Assembly (NCBI GenBank): GCA_951406725.2
Contig: OX597831.1
Coordinates: forward strand, 31,744,001 to 31,808,000
Length of the DNA stretch: 64,000 nt
Reading direction: 5' to 3'
From: Octopus vulgaris
Taxonomy: Eukaryota
A program made the position numbers and the translations under genes. The notes below the pieces were generated by a model, which made no database searches, was not told where the DNA came from, and worked only from the letters and a program-made list of their open reading frames with translations. Below, piece after piece: positions 1-14,000 of the stretch (position 1 is its first letter; every line of letters begins with the position of its first letter).

Positions 1-1
1 G

Positions 2-290
2 ATAAAACAATGGGTAGAAAAATACAGGGAACTCATAGATAAACGATTCAAAACAGACTTTATCACCAAAGCCACCTAATTAATACTTGAAGAAAACACA
101 TTCTTATTTAACAACAAGACATACCGACGAATAAAGGGCACGGCTATGGGTACGAAATTTGCACCTTCATATGCCAACCTGGTGATGTACCTTGAGAACA
201 AACTATACGATGAAATAGGGAAAGTCTTCGAACACGACTTCAGAGAAGACATCAAGAAAAAGTGGAAACGCTACCTCAATGACGATGATA
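2..290 (+). pseudogene. Penelope-like element (PLE) reverse transcriptase fragment, decayed
   Basis: Frame 2 reads [64 protein letters not shown]...WKRYLNDD. GTAMGxxxAPxYANL and WxRY(L/I)DD are typical PLE RT motifs. There is an in-frame stop and the YxDD motif is altered. Not in the ORF track. Confidence 0.85.
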
Positions 291-600
291 AATCCAGACA
301 ATTTTTTGAAAAATAACTTAGAGTAGCCACCTGGCTTTGCCATTTTTAAAGGCCAAGAATCAACTCATCACTTTCTATTGAAAGAATTGACCAGCTGTAA
401 AGATGCAAGCACATTTTTTCTTCTTTCTCTCTTCCTTCTCTTTTCCATTGACAATCCTTTCAGATATACAGGCGCGCGCGCACACACACACACTCTCTCT
501 CACTTTCTCCCCATTCCTCATCCTATTTTACTATCCTATATCTCTCTCCACCCTTACACACTCAATACTATAAAAAGAGACGACTCCCCACAAAAAATTC

Positions 601-641
601 AAATCTGAAGAATCTACTAGAGTAGATGCAAGCGCTAATAT
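601..641 (+). ncRNA. Hammerhead-ribozyme-like motif (degenerate) downstream of the PLE RT
   Basis: CTGAAGA (605-611), perfect stem ATCTAC-taga-GTAGAT, then GCAA (in place of GAAA) and palindromic GCGC. This is the layout of minimal type I hammerheads in PLE pseudo-LTRs. Confidence 0.55.
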
Positions 642-718
642 ATGATTTATAAAAACAGGCTACATATTAATAAAAATCTGTAAATGTTCAACCATCCAGA
701 TTGCTGAGTACCGTATTT

Positions 719-790
<72 letters not shown>

Positions 791-929
791 GTGATGGTGA
801 GCCTGCTGAAGAAGAAAGGGATATTCAATGTGTGCAACAAATGTAAAGACTTACTTCGCTGGAGTACAGATCACCGAACAATCACGGCTGAGCAGTGGAG
901 AGAAGGAGCGTTCCACCACGGCACACACA

Positions 930-1098
930 CACACACACACGACAGTCTTCTTTCGGTTTCTGCTACCAAATCCATTCATAGGGCTCTGATCGGCCCTAAG
1001 CTATAGTGGAAGACGCTTGCTGAAGGTGTCACGCAGTGGAACTGAACGCGGAACCATGTGGTTGGGAAGCAAACTTCTTACCACACAGCCACTTCTGT
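930..1098 (-). mobile_element. SINE family B (tRNA head), 5' portion
   Basis: Reverse complement matches the first half of the fuller copy at 51629-52018 (gtggctgtgtggtaag...gttcagttccactgcgtg...gatttggtag). Confidence 0.8.
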
Positions 1099-1471
1099 AG
1101 ACCTACATACATCACATGGTAAGTAAAAGGGGGTTGTATGTATATAAAGAGAGACGGAATTATAGCAGAATTCCTCAACACAATGTCGTACTATTGAAAG
1201 CCGAATCAGAAACAATTTCCCAAGATATTTCGTCACGTTGCTTTCAGATTCCGTATATACTTACATTATTTGTGTCCCACCCAAACTCAGCTGCAAAATA
1301 GACCAGACTTAAGTAGTTCACTTGCTTAACACTTTACGTGAAACGCACACACAGACACGCACACACACATACAGTTACATATGTATGTATTTATTATATT
1401 ATAAATACGGATGTATGTATCATTGGGTGGTGGCGGCGACGGTGGTTTGTTGATATATCTTTGTATATATT

Positions 1472-2040
1472 CCTGTTTCTTTATTGCCTACAAGGGGCTA
1501 AACATAGAGGAGACAAACAAGGACAGACAAACGGATTAAGTCGATTACATCGACCCCAGTCTGTAATTTATCGACCCCGAAATTATGAAAGGCAATTTGA
1601 ACTCAGAACGTAATGGCAGACGAAATACCTATTTCTTTACTACCCACAAGGGGCTAAACACAGAGTGGACAAACAAACGGATTAAGTCGATTATATCGAC
1701 CCCGGTGCGTAACTGGTACTTATTTAATCGACTCCCAAAGGATGAAAGGCAAAGTTGACCGCGGCGGAATTTGAACTCAGAACGTAGCGGCAGACGAAAT
1801 ACCTAATTCTTTACTACACACAAGGGACTAAACACAGAGAGGACAAACAAGGACAGACAAACGGATTAAGTCGATTATATCGACCCCAGTGCGTAACTGG
1901 TACTTAATTTATCGACCCCGAAAGGATGAAAGGCAAAGTCGACCTCAGCGGAATTTGAACTCAGAACGTAACGGCAGACGAAATACGGCTACGCATTTCG
2001 CCCGGCGTGCTAACGTTTCTGCCAGCTCCCCACGCCTTGC
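1472..2040 (-). mobile_element. SINE family A, trimeric (one head plus repeated bodies)
   Basis: Three consecutive copies of the body (caaggggctaaaca...cggattaagtcga...tttgaactcagaacgta), head at ~2037. Candidate TSD atctttgtatatatt (1457-1471) / atcttcgcatatatt (2041-2055). Confidence 0.85.
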
Positions 2041-2701
2041 ATCTTCGCATATATTACAAAACAAAGAAGAAAAGAACAAGCTGACATGTCACGTGACCAG
2101 CTACTCTGGCTATGATGGATCCATCACGTTCAAACAATACTGTATTATCCGGCTGTTGAATTTTCTCATGTACAGTGTCGGAAAGAATACATCCACCGGG
2201 AACTCAGAGACGGCGATACAGGGATCAACTAAACCGAACACCCCTCCGAGAAGCGAGCGATCAGTTACATCGGCTGACGCATTTGAGCGCTTGCTCGGTA
2301 GGAGAAAATGCCACGTTGGGTGTGATTTCTTTCAAAGTAACCTGAAAGAGGAGGAGGGCTGACAGAAGTTGATATCGACGGTGAGAAGCAAGACCCTCAA
2401 AGGGAACTCTTGGACCCTGCTGGGAATCAATTCTTATGCTCTCGTTGTCAAGGTTCTTTTGGATCAAAGACACACTTATACAGCCATCTTAGAACACAGA
2501 TCAATTCAATGGAAACACATCTTTAATACTAAGAGACGCCACTGTTGTTAATGATGATGATGAATTATAAAAGTGAAAACAAAAAGAGGGGGATTTGTGA
2601 AGAATATCAGTAAAGGATTTTTATAAATATCGCTTGTATATTAACGGATACTTTATGGGGAAATTGGCAAAAAGCATTTATTTTATTAAATTCCAGAGAT
2701 G

Positions 2702-2891
2702 AAATAAATCATTTTTAACGGTGGAACTCGAAGTATTTAGAGCTAGAAATAAAAACAGATAAGATATTCAGTTCAAAAATACTTTGGATGAAAAACAAGT
2801 CGAAGGCTGCCCGTGGGACTCGAACCCAGTATTCAACACATTATTTAAAGCTTTATCTACTTCGAGTCCCACTGTTAAAAACGAGTTATTT
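2702..2891. repeat. Imperfect ~50-bp inverted repeat (foldback/MITE-like)
   Basis: aaataaatcatttttaacggtggaactcgaagtatttagagctagaaataa (2702-2752) pairs with 2841-2891. Confidence 0.65.
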
Positions 2892-3410
2892 TAGTTATAT
2901 TTTATGGTTGGTGGTTCTATAGCGAGACCAATTTCTATTATGGCATATTGAAAAGAATCAGGATTTTATAGGCTCAGCACGTTAATCAGTAATCGGTAAT
3001 AGCCGATTTACCTATCACTTGAGTTTTAAATATTGGCTGAGTCCTGTGTTGTGATTGGTTGAGTATTGGATCGAAGGTCCAATCACGTTGTGCATAATAC
3101 ATTCTCAGACAACTAATCGCCATGTGCTCTGGAGCCTACTTTTTTCCATAAATTGGTGCGACGATTTATTTATGAGCAGAGGGGTGAGAGTTTTTCATCA
3201 AGGTGAGTTATGTTGATTTCCTGCTGGTTTCACCAGGGGAAAGTTAATATAACGAAACCCATGTAACCAAGAACGACCTATCGTAGATGTTCCATACCAT
3301 CGGACTACTTACCTTAATGGTGCGCTCACAATATATTTCTGTTTTATTTTGGATTTTTCTAGTATACAATTTACATATTTTTCCAGTTGACATTGTTTGT
3401 AGGAACATAT

Positions 3411-3688
3411 TGGCACTCCGTCGGTTGCGACGACGAGGGTTCCAGTTGATCCGATCAACGGAAGAGCCTGCTCGTGAGATTAACATGCAGGTGGCTGAGC
3501 ACTCCACAAACGTAGTTCTTGGGTAGATTCAGCGTGACATAGAGTGGGACAAGGTTGGTCCTTTTAAATACAGGTACAACAGAAACAAGAAGAAAGAGTG
3601 AGAGAAAGCAGGGTTCGCCACCACCCCGTGCCGGAGCCTCGTGGAGCTTTAGGTGTTTTCGCTCAATAAACACTCACAACACCCGGTG
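3411..3688 (-). mobile_element. SINE family C variant (shares 3' module with 60193-60473)
   Basis: cagttgatccgatcaacggaa...gtggctgagcactccacaaac...gattcagcgt...gacaaggttgg is shared with 60193-60375. Confidence 0.7.
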
Positions 3689-6593
3689 GACAGCACTCTC
3701 TCCCCACTCCACCCCCTAGAACTTAACCAGTTTCATGTAAATTACCATTTTCAGTTATTGTTGTGTGGTGCAGTGCACTACTACTAATAAGACAAATAAA
3801 GAAGAAGAAGAAGAAGAAGAAGAAGAAGAAGAAGAAGAAGATGATGATGATGATGATGATGATCGTCGTCATGTTGGAGTCGTTGACTCTAGAGTACAAA
3901 GCTTATCTCTCCGGCATTCTCAATGCCCCATGGAAATCTGAAGGTAAAAGAGATACCACCTCACATGCACAGATGGTTTTCTACAAGCGACAGAACAAAC
4001 CCGATGCTTTTATGTTCTCGTATAGCTGATATCTAATACCCCTGATCATTACATCCTTCCCTGTACACCGTCTTAAAAACCCAACAGACAGAACCTTATC
4101 GTTTCCCTTACATTTAACAGTGTAAAAACAAGATCGCTGTAATATATAGCTTTTATTTCTTCTTGCTTTCTTCGGTCTTCAAACATCTTGAATGAATGAA
4201 GGCAGCACCACGCAGTGAGAGGCAAAGTGTCAGTAATGGTTGATAGAAAATTCTGACATCTTACTCCGTTCTTGTCGTGGCCCAGGGTGATGATAAAATG
4301 ATTGATGGGAACACAACATGAACGCTCCTTGTTGCAGCTTTCACCTGACTGATCCAGAAAGAAGGAGGGAAAAAGGAATCCAGCCTATATTTGGCTGATA
4401 TTTATCGACCCCTGAAGGGATAAGAAGTAGGGCTCAGGAGGGTTTGAACTTGGTGTGTAGACAGCCGAGATAAATATCACAGCTACAAAACTATCCTAAT
4501 TAACGTCCTACCGACTGCCAATTCGTTCGTTTTACACCCTGCAAAATACCTAAATACCAGATGTTTGACCCTTTGCATGTCCCGTGTATCATTTGTGATA
4601 CTCAGGACATATTTCCCTGGAGTCCATGCATTATATATGATGAACATTCCCAATTTTTTTCCAACTTCGTGCGTTCCGAGTTATGTTTCCAACCACCAGA
4701 GTAACTTAGGACTTATGAGAGGAAAGTTAATTATTGCTTAATTCAACCTGTTTCAGCCTTTGTTTGGCATTGAAAGATATTGTTTATAATGATGATGGTG
4801 ATGATGATGATGATGATGATGATGAATAGCATTATTATTATTATTATTAGCTTAGTCCCAGTTGTAGCTATTTCCTTTCCATTAGGCCTAACTAAAAGTC
4901 TGAAAACAAGCGTGGACGTTTAGGACAAACTTAAGAAACTGCTTTGGACAAGTAAAAGGTTAATCTGTTGTTGGGGACATAAATTATATTAATTAACATG
5001 AAATTTTGATGGACAACTTTGATTTAGATAACTTCCAGGGGAGCCTGAGGGGGCACGCTCCCCACTCAGGAAAAGTGCACCCTTCTAAATAATATTATTA
5101 CGCCCTTTTCTCCGGAAATTGTATTCCTTTCTGACCTTGTGCCCTTCCTTCGAAAAATTCCTGGTACCGCGCCCGACTTCAACCCTTTTGTTACCATATT
5201 TTTGTTGAAATACACCATCTTTGTTTCATTTAATTTTGTTGTTATCAATCCTTTGCCTGTCCTGTGTGTCGCCTATGATTCACTGGAAATATTTTCCTGG
5301 CGTTCATACAACCACTTGAGTAATACGAGACTTATAAAAGAAAAAGCTTTAAATTACAACTTACGAAACCGGAGCAAACGAAAAGCCTGTAAACAAGCAT
5401 GAATGTTAAGGGATAAATTTGTAAAAATGCTTTGGACAAGGTAAAGAGAAATGTAAGTTGACATGAAAGTTTGAATGGCTGGTCTTAATTTAGATCACTG
5501 TAAAGCGAAAAGTTTGTATCGTAGAACCAAAAGCAGTTTCGTGCCGAAATGTTTAAATCTAATATTTATATTATTATATTTGGCTGGAATCCCTCAGACC
5601 ATACGCCTGTTCAATCAGCGTTGACCCCTGAATAAACAATTTTCACAACAGAAACCACAAATCAATGAGAGTGCATTTTCATATTCGCAAGACTTGCAAG
5701 AGCTAGCAGCCAACTCTCCCTCAAACTACACTTTAGTTTTACAAAAAAGGACACTATTGTAGCCTTAAATACACAACATTAAAAAAAGAAGAAAGACTGG
5801 AAGGTTGTGGTTGTAAACCATTGATCAAAGATCTGTCTGGTAGACAGATGCTGACCTGGCGATAAACAACAACTGAGTCCACCCGCTATGTTAAATGGGG
5901 TAAAAAAAAGTAGTACAAAAGAAGTGAAAAAAAGACAAAAAAACCCCAAATCAGTGAGTGGGGGAGGGGAAGACATATAATGAACAACAGCTTCCCTACA
6001 TAGAAGTTGGTCTCCCGTGATAATAGGTTGTGGCTGTAATCATATTTTATTGTGTGTTTCAGCAATAATCTTAAGAGCAGCAGATTTTCAGGCATCGAGG
6101 AGAAAGAAACCCTCTTCAAAAATATTTCCCACATGTTGTGTAAATTTAATGTGAAACGAAAACGAGGAGAATGAAGCGAAAATAAAATATACAAAATATT
6201 GTCAAGTTCGACATATAAAACCCTTACCTGACACATTAAAACACTTAGTGTCTGTGCAAAAGCGACTGTGACATCTCTATTTACATGTGTTGGCTTTTTA
6301 AATGTCTGTGTTTTCGCAATGCAAACCACATATATGAAAATTATAGCTTACGTATACGTGTATGTAGTTGTGTGTATAAACACATTAACTCTCTCTCTCT
6401 CTCACACATACACACACGAGGGAGAGAGAGAGAGAGAGAGAGAAGGGGAGAGAGGGGGTGGGGAGCGCATTCTGAAAGTTTTACTACATTATAACTTTGT
6501 TTGAAAAGTTAAAACAAAGATAAAAACGACTACGAAATATGTAATAGACAATAAAAACAAGATTTAAAAGTGACACTGATATTTGAACCGCCT

Positions 6594-7210
6594 AAGGCGG
6601 CGAGCTGGCAGAAACGTTAGCACACTGGGCGAAATGCTTAGTGGTCTTTCGTCTGCCGCTACGTTCTGAGTTCAAATTCCGCCGAGGTCGACTTTGCCTT
6701 TCATCCTTTCAGGGTCGATTAAATAAGTACCAGTTACGCACTGGAGTCGATATAATCGACTTAATCCGTTTGTCCTCTTTGTATTTAGTCCCTTGTGGGT
6801 AGTAAAGAAATAGGTATTTCATTTGTCTTTACGTTCTGAATTCAAATTCCGCCGAGGTCGACTTTGCCTTTCATCCTTTCGGGGTCGATAAATTAAATAC
6901 CAGTTACGCACTGGGATCGATGTAATCGACTTAATCCGTTTGTCTGTCCTTGTTTGTCCCCTCTGTTTAGCCCCTTGTGAGCAATAAAGAAATAAGAAAC
7001 GTTAGCACTCCGGACGAAATGTTTAGCAGTATTTCGTCTGTCTTTACGTTCTGAGTTCAAATACGGCCGAGGTCGACTTTGCCTTTCATCCTTTTGGGGT
7101 CGATAAATTAAGTACCAGTTGCGTATTGGAGTCGATTTAATCAACTGCACCCCCACCCACCCCCCACACACACCGAAAACAATTCGGGCCTTGTGCCTAG
7201 AGTAGGAAAG
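6594..7210 (+). mobile_element. SINE family A, trimeric, flanked by a 16-bp TSD
   Basis: Head ggcggcgagctggcagaa (A box), B box gagttcaaattcc, three bodies. TSD gatatttgaaccgcct (6578-6593) / gatatttgagccgcct (7211-7226). Confidence 0.9.
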
Positions 7211-8733
7211 GATATTTGAGCCGCCTCTGTACGCATATGGACACACACAGAGACACGCGCGCGCATTAGATGTGTGTGTGAAAAAGAGTAATTTTAACTA
7301 TTTTAAAACACAAATTGTTATATTCCCTCTTCGTTTATTTATTTTATAGTTTCAAGTTTCGTCTTTTGGCAGTTTGCTCTCTCTTCTTTTCTATTAAAGA
7401 CAATATATTTCATTATCGTTCACACACACACACACAATCTGCTTTGCTTATAATAAGATGCTATGTAGATTAGATTCTTGCAATGCAGATGTATTTAAAC
7501 GTTATGACAAATAAACAAAATAATTGAGAAAAATATTACAATATATCAAACTCCTCTCTCTCTCTCTCTCTCTTACAATATAAGAGTTTTTGTGTGCTCT
7601 TCAATGGGCTCAATATTTCTTTCACGCGTTCGTTTCCAAATCACATGGTTCTGGGTTCAATCCAGTTGACAAATGGTGGTGGGGAACAAACATGTAAATA
7701 CAATCTTACTTCACAGTGTAGAAAAGGCAGGAGTTTCTTGACGGACCGTTTCACAGTCCGCCACTCCCCAGAGAAGACGTATACGGGTTCCTTCCTTACT
7801 TTCACTCATTCAAGGACACAGACGTAGCAGTAAGGTTGACTCATAACAATCAGCACCGCCTCCTAGTTGCCATCGGCTGCCGGAAATTATCTTAAAATTG
7901 TCAGCTTATTTCTTGCACAAAATGTCGATTCAAAGTGGATGTTTATTTTTAATCAAAAAGAAACACAATGCCAACAACTCTTCACCAGAGACTCTGAGAT
8001 GAGTTGGAAGGTGCGAGAGGACTGCTTGCAGCAGGGTAATCTCTGTTAAAGGTATCCAAAGTACCCAGGGACCTATCCAAGGTACCATGAAGTTAAACTG
8101 TGGTGACGGATTAAATCTAATATGGTGGGATTTGAACACAAAACGCTAAGATCCGGAACAAGTACTATAGGGCATCCGGTCCGACGTCCTTACAGTTCTG
8201 CCAATCCGCTGCAATGAACTGGTACAGTGTTTTTCTATTTTATTTTATCAACTCGGAAATGCGAAGTTGACCTTGATAGGAGGTTGGACTTAGAGTATCT
8301 AGTGTAATAACAAACACTATTTGTCATTCTATCCCAAGCACAAACAATTCAGTCTTTACATTTCTGTATTAATAACAGAATTACCAAATAAAGACATCTT
8401 GCCAGAACAACTGAGAAACTATCAAAGTTGCATAATAGTCATGCTTTCGTCGATGACCGGAAAAGAATCACATATCACATAAACAATATGTCATTTGACT
8501 GAAATAGAATAATTATTTGATTTACAGAGAAATTGAGACAAACAGAAAAATAGTTCAGTTCTAGCTTAATTTTGGGATGCTGATTTCAGATACAAAACTA
8601 GTTTTCACTCGTCACCTCTAGTTTTTGAGATGTACATTATTATGATTTTGCGACCATTCACGTAGCCATATATATGATCAGTTTTTATTTTGTTTTCCAG
8701 ATTTTTGTAATACATATGATAAATATCTCTACA

Positions 8734-9965
8734 ATGGCTTCAGGCACGTCAAAACACCGAGGATGCATCAACAAAACAAATTCATTCTGCTACGTGTGTG
8801 GGGATTTCACGACAGTTGCACAGCGCCGAACATTTATTTCTCTCCTGAGAATTGCTTACTTTCATTATTTTGACTATAAAATTGGAGATCAGTAAAAATC
8901 CTGGGCCCCACACATCTGCTGTAAGCCTTGCTACAATGGACTAACTGCATGGTTTAACGGCAAGAAAGCAGCCTTCCACTTTGCTGTCCCGATGGTCTGG
9001 AGAGAGCCACGAAGCCATGCAGATGATTGTTATTTTTGTCTAACAAATATAAAAGGTTTCAATGCTTCTTCTAGAAAAAAATATAAAATATCCCAACCTT
9101 CCCTCAGCTATCCCAACCTGTCCCCCACTCAGATGATCTCCCTGTCCCTTCACTCCCAACAAATAAGGATCTCCTTCTTTCATCAGGTGAAGAAATGCCT
9201 TCAGAGGAATATTCTGCCAAGTCAATCTTTTCTGAAGACAAATGTCTCTATTTATTCAGGAGCAAGTGGCAATGAACCCCACTGAATAACGCAAGAAGAC
9301 TTGAATGACCTAGTCCGTGATTTGCATCTATCTAAGCAGTAGTCAGAGCTCCTGGCATCCCAGCTTAAGCAGTAGAACCTGGTCAAAGCAGACGTGAGGG
9401 TCACCAGTTTCAGGACACAGAACCATGACTTTGCTTCATTCTTTGACATAGAAAACAAGTTGTGCTACTGCACAAATGTCTCTGGCTTGTTTAGCTTTCT
9501 TGGTTTCCCACACAATCCCTCAGACTGGCGTCTTTTCATAGACTCTTCCAAGTGAAGTCTGAAGGCTGTGCTTCTGTACAATGGGAATAAACACCTCAGC
9601 ATTCCCGTTGCCTACTCAGTCCATCTGAAGGAGTCGTATGGCAATATCGAGTTCCTTTAGGAAGTTGTCAGGTACAACCAGTACCAGTGGTGTTTCTGTG
9701 GGGACCTCAAGGTCACTGAGCTTCTTATGGGTATGCAAGCGGGTTTCACAAAATACTGTTGCTTCCTCTCTCTCTCTGGGACAGTCGGGCTGTGTCCAAG
9801 CACTACAAGACAGGGGATCTAGGAACACTTTCGTGCATGGTGAACACAGTGTCCAAGAAAATCCTCTGGTGGACATGAACAAGGTGCTTCTTTCTATTCA
9901 TATCAAGCTTGGTTTAATGAAGAATTTCGTGAAGACCATGAACAAAAAAAGGCGCTGCCTTCCAA
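8734..9965 (+). pseudogene. Chapaev3-like transposase, N-terminal part (Chapa zinc finger plus first two catalytic Asp)
   Basis: CYVCG...GDQ*KSWAPHICCKPC...VPMVWREPRSHADDCYFC; WRLFIDSSK*SLKAVLLYNGN; WCFCGDLKV; GMQAGFTKYCCFL; HIKLGLMKNFVKTM..GAAFQ. Multiple stops and frameshifts. Confidence 0.85.
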
Positions 9966-11043
9966 AAATTTTTGGGTAAAGTTTTCGGTGAAAATTTTCG
10001 AAAACTTTTTGGTTAAAATTTTCGGTGAAAATTTTCGCAAAATTTTTGGGTAAAATTTTCGAAAAGTTTTTGGTGAAATTTTCGGAAAAATTTTGGGTAA
10101 AATTTTCGAAAACTATTTGGGTAAAATTTTCGGTGAACATCGAAAAATTTTTGGAGAAAATTTTCGGTGAAAATTTTCGAAAAATTTTTTGGGTAAAATT
10201 TTCGGTGAAAATATTCGGAAAATTTGTGGGTAAAATTTTCGGTGAAAATTTTCGGAAAATTGTCGGAAAACATTTGCGGTGCCAAAATCACAAAGTATGG
10301 AAGGCCAGCTGTGCCAAAATCACAAAGTATGGAAGGCCAGTGGTGCCCAAATCACAAAGTATGAAAAGCCAGCGGTGCCCAAATCACAAAGTATGGAAAG
10401 CCAGCGGTGCCAATTTTCGAAAAATTTTCGGGTAACATTTTCGGTGAAAATTTTCGAAAAATTTTTGGGTAAAATTTTCGGTGAAAATTCTCGAAAAATT
10501 TTTGGGGAAAATTTTCAGTGAAAATTTTCGAACACTTTAGGTGAAATTTAACCAAAAAATTTTTCCCATAAATTATTCGAAAATTTCACCCAGAAAGTTT
10601 TCGAAAATTTTCCCCAAAAATTTGTCGAAAATTTTTGGGGAAAATTTTCGAAAAATTTTTGAAAACTTCGGTGAAAATTTTTGGGTGAAATTTTCGACAA
10701 ATTTTTGGGGAAAATTTTCTGAAAATTTTCGAAAACTTTTTGGTTAAAATTTTCGGTGAAAATTTTCGCAAAATTTTTGGGTAAAATTTTCGGTGATAAT
10801 ATTCGGAAAATTTTGGAGTAAAATTTTCAGTGAAAATTTTCGAAAAATTTTTGAAAAATTTCGGTAAAAATGTTTGGAAAATTTTGGGATAAAATTTTCG
10901 ACAAATTTTTGGGTAAAATTTTCAAAAAATTTTTAGGTAAATTTTTGGATTTTTGGGTAAAGATTTCGGTGAAAATTTTCGTAAAAATTTTTGGGTAAAA
11001 TTTTGGCTAAAACTTTTTAGGTGAAATTCTTGGCAAATTTTTG
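9966..11043. repeat. Satellite A, left block: irregular 10-13-bp A/T-tract words (aaaattttcggtg, aaaattttcg, aaaatttttgggt)
   Basis: Directly visible; begins immediately after the transposase codons GAAFQ. Confidence 0.95.
10278..10413 (+). repeat. 4 x 32-bp cassette, copy 1 (ggtgccaaaatcacaaagtatggaaggccagc)
   Basis: Units start at 10278, 10310, 10342 and 10374, with a partial fifth at 10406. Confidence 0.95.
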
Positions 11044-14000
11044 GGTACCCTCTTTGATCTCTGTCGGCACCCTCTTTGATCTCTGTCGGCCGCTCTTTGA
11101 TCTCTTTCGGCACCCTCTTTGATCTTTTTCGGTACTCCTCTTTGATCTCTGTCGGTACCCTCTTTGATCTGTGCCGGCCCCTCTTTGATCTCTTTCGACA
11201 ACCTCTTTGATATCTTTCGGTACTCCTTTTTCATCTCTTTCGGCACTCCTATTTGATCTCTTTCGGCACCCTATTTGATCTCTGTCGGCACCCTCTTTGA
11301 TCTCTGTCGGTACCCTCTTTGATCTTTTTCGGTACTCCTCTTTGATCTCTGTCGGCAACCTCTTTGATCTCTTTCGACAACCTCTTTGATCTCGTTCGGT
11401 ACTCCTTTTTCAACTCTTTCAGCACTCCTCTTTGATCTCTTTCGGCACCCTCATAGATCTTTTTCGGTACTCCTCTTTGGTCTCTGTCGGCAACCTCTTT
11501 GATCTCTGTCGGCACCCTCTTTGATCTCTTTCGACAACATCTTTGATCTCTTTCGGTACACCTTTCTCATCTCTTTCGGCACCCCTCTTTGATCTCTGTC
11601 GGCACCCTCTTTGATCTCTGTCAGCACCTTCTTTGATCTTTTTCGGTACTCCTCTTTCATCTCTTTCGGCACCCTCTTTGATCTCTGTCGGAACCCTCTT
11701 TAATCTCTGTCGGAACCCTCTTTGATCTCTGCCGGCACCCTCTTTGATCTTTTTCGGTACTCCTCTTTGGTATATGTCGACAACCTCTTTGATCGCTTTC
11801 GGCACCCTCTTTGATCTTTTTCGGTACTCCTCTTTGATCTCTGTCGGTACCCTCTTTGATCTCTGTCGGCCCCTCTTTGATCTCTTTCGACAACCTCTTT
11901 GATCTCTTTCGGTACTCCTTTTTCATCTCTTTCGGCACACTATTTGATCTCTGTCGGCACCCTCTTTGATCTCTGTCGGCACCCTCTTTGATCTCTGTCG
12001 GTACCCTTTGATCTTTTTCGGTACATCTCTTTGATCTCTGTCGGCACCCTCTTTGATCTCTTTCGACAACCTCTTTGATCTCTTTCGGTACTCCTTTTTC
12101 ATCTTTCGGCACCCATCTTTGATCTCTGTCTGTACCCTCTTTGATCTCTGTCGGTACCCTCTTTGATCTCTTTCGGTACTCCTCTTTGATCTCTGTCGGC
12201 CCTTCTTTGATCTATTTCAGCACCCTCTTTGATCTCTGTCGGCACCCTCTTTGATCTTTTTCGGTACTCCCCTTTGATCTCTGTCGGCCCTCCTTTGATC
12301 TCTTTCGGCATCCTCTTTGATATCTGTCGGCATCTTTGATCTTTTCGGTACTCCTCTTTCATCTCTTTCGGTACTCCTCTTTGGTCTATGTCGGTACCCT
12401 CTTTGATCTCTTTCGGTACTGCTTTTTCATCTCTTTCGGTACTCCTCTTTGATCTCTGTCGGCCCCTCTTTTATCTCTTTCGGTACTCCTTTTTGATCTC
12501 TTTCAGCACTCCTCTTTGATGTCTTTCGGCACCCTATTTGATCTCTGTCGGCACCCTCTTTGATCTCTGTCGGCACCCTCTTTGATCTTTTACGGTACTC
12601 CTCTTTGATCTATGTCGGCACACTCTTTGTTCACATTCGGCACCCTCTTTGATCTCTTTCGGTACTCCTTTTTCATCTCTTTCGGCACTCCTCTTTGATC
12701 TCTGTCTGTACCCTCTTTGATATCTGTCGGTACCCTCTTTGATCTCTTTCGGTACTCCTCGTTTATCTTTTTCGGTACTCCTCTTTGATCTCTGTCGGCA
12801 CCATCTTTGATCTATTTCGGCACCCTCTTTGATCTCTGTCGGCACCATCTTTGATCTTTTTCGGTACTCCTCTTTGGTCTATGTCGGCACCCTCTTTGAT
12901 CTTTTTCGGTACTCCTTTTTGGTCTATGTCGGCAACCTCTTTGATCTCTGTCGGTACCCTCTTTGATCTCTGTCGGCCCTCCTTTGATCTCTTTCGGCAT
13001 CCTCTTTGATATCTGTCGGCATCTTCTTTGATCTTTTCGGTACACCTCTTTCATCTCTTTCGGTACTCCTCTTTCGTCTATGTCGGTACCCTCTTTGATC
13101 TCTTTCGACAACCTCTTTGATCTCTTTCGGTACTGCTTTTTCATCTCTTTCGGTACTCCTCTTTGATCTCTGTCGGCCCCTCTTTTATCTCTTTCGGTAC
13201 TCCTTTTTCATCTCTTTCGGCACTCCTCTTTGATGTCTTTCGGCACCCTATTTGATCTCTGTCGGCACCCTCTTTGATCTTTTACGGTACTCCTCTTTGA
13301 TTTATGTCGGCACCCTCTTTGTTCACATTCGGCACCCTCTTTGATCTTTTTCGGTACTCCTCTTTGATGTCTTTCGGCACCCTATTTGATATTTTCGGTA
13401 CTCCTCTTTGATCTCTGTCGGCACCCTCTTTGATATTTTCGGTACTCCTCTTTGATCTATGCCGGCACACTCTTTGATCACATTCGGCACATTCTTTGAT
13501 CACATTCGGCACCCTCTTTGATCTCTGTCGGCATCCTCTTTGATCTTTTTCGGTACTCCTCTTTGATTTTTTTCGGTACTCCTTTTTGATCTCTGTCGGC
13601 ACCTTTTTTTATCTTTGTCGGTACTCCTCTTTGATCTCTGTCGGCACCCTCTTTGATCTTTTTCGGTACTCTTATTTGGTCTCTGTCGGCACCTTCTTTG
13701 ATCTCTGTCGGCAACCTCTTTGATCTTTTTCGGTACTCCTTTTTGATCTCTTTCGGCACTCCTCTTTGATCTCTTTCGGCACCCTCCTTGATCTCTGTCG
13801 ACACCCTCTTTCATCTTTGTCAGTACCCTCTTTGATCTCTTTCGGTACTTGTCTTTGATCTTTTTCGGTACTCCTCTTTGATCTCTGTCGGCACCCTCTT
13901 TGATCTTTTTCGGTACTCCTCTTTGGTCTATGTCTGCAACCTCTTTGATCTCTATCGGCACCTCTTTGATCTCTGTCGGCACCCTCTTTGGTCTGTCGGC

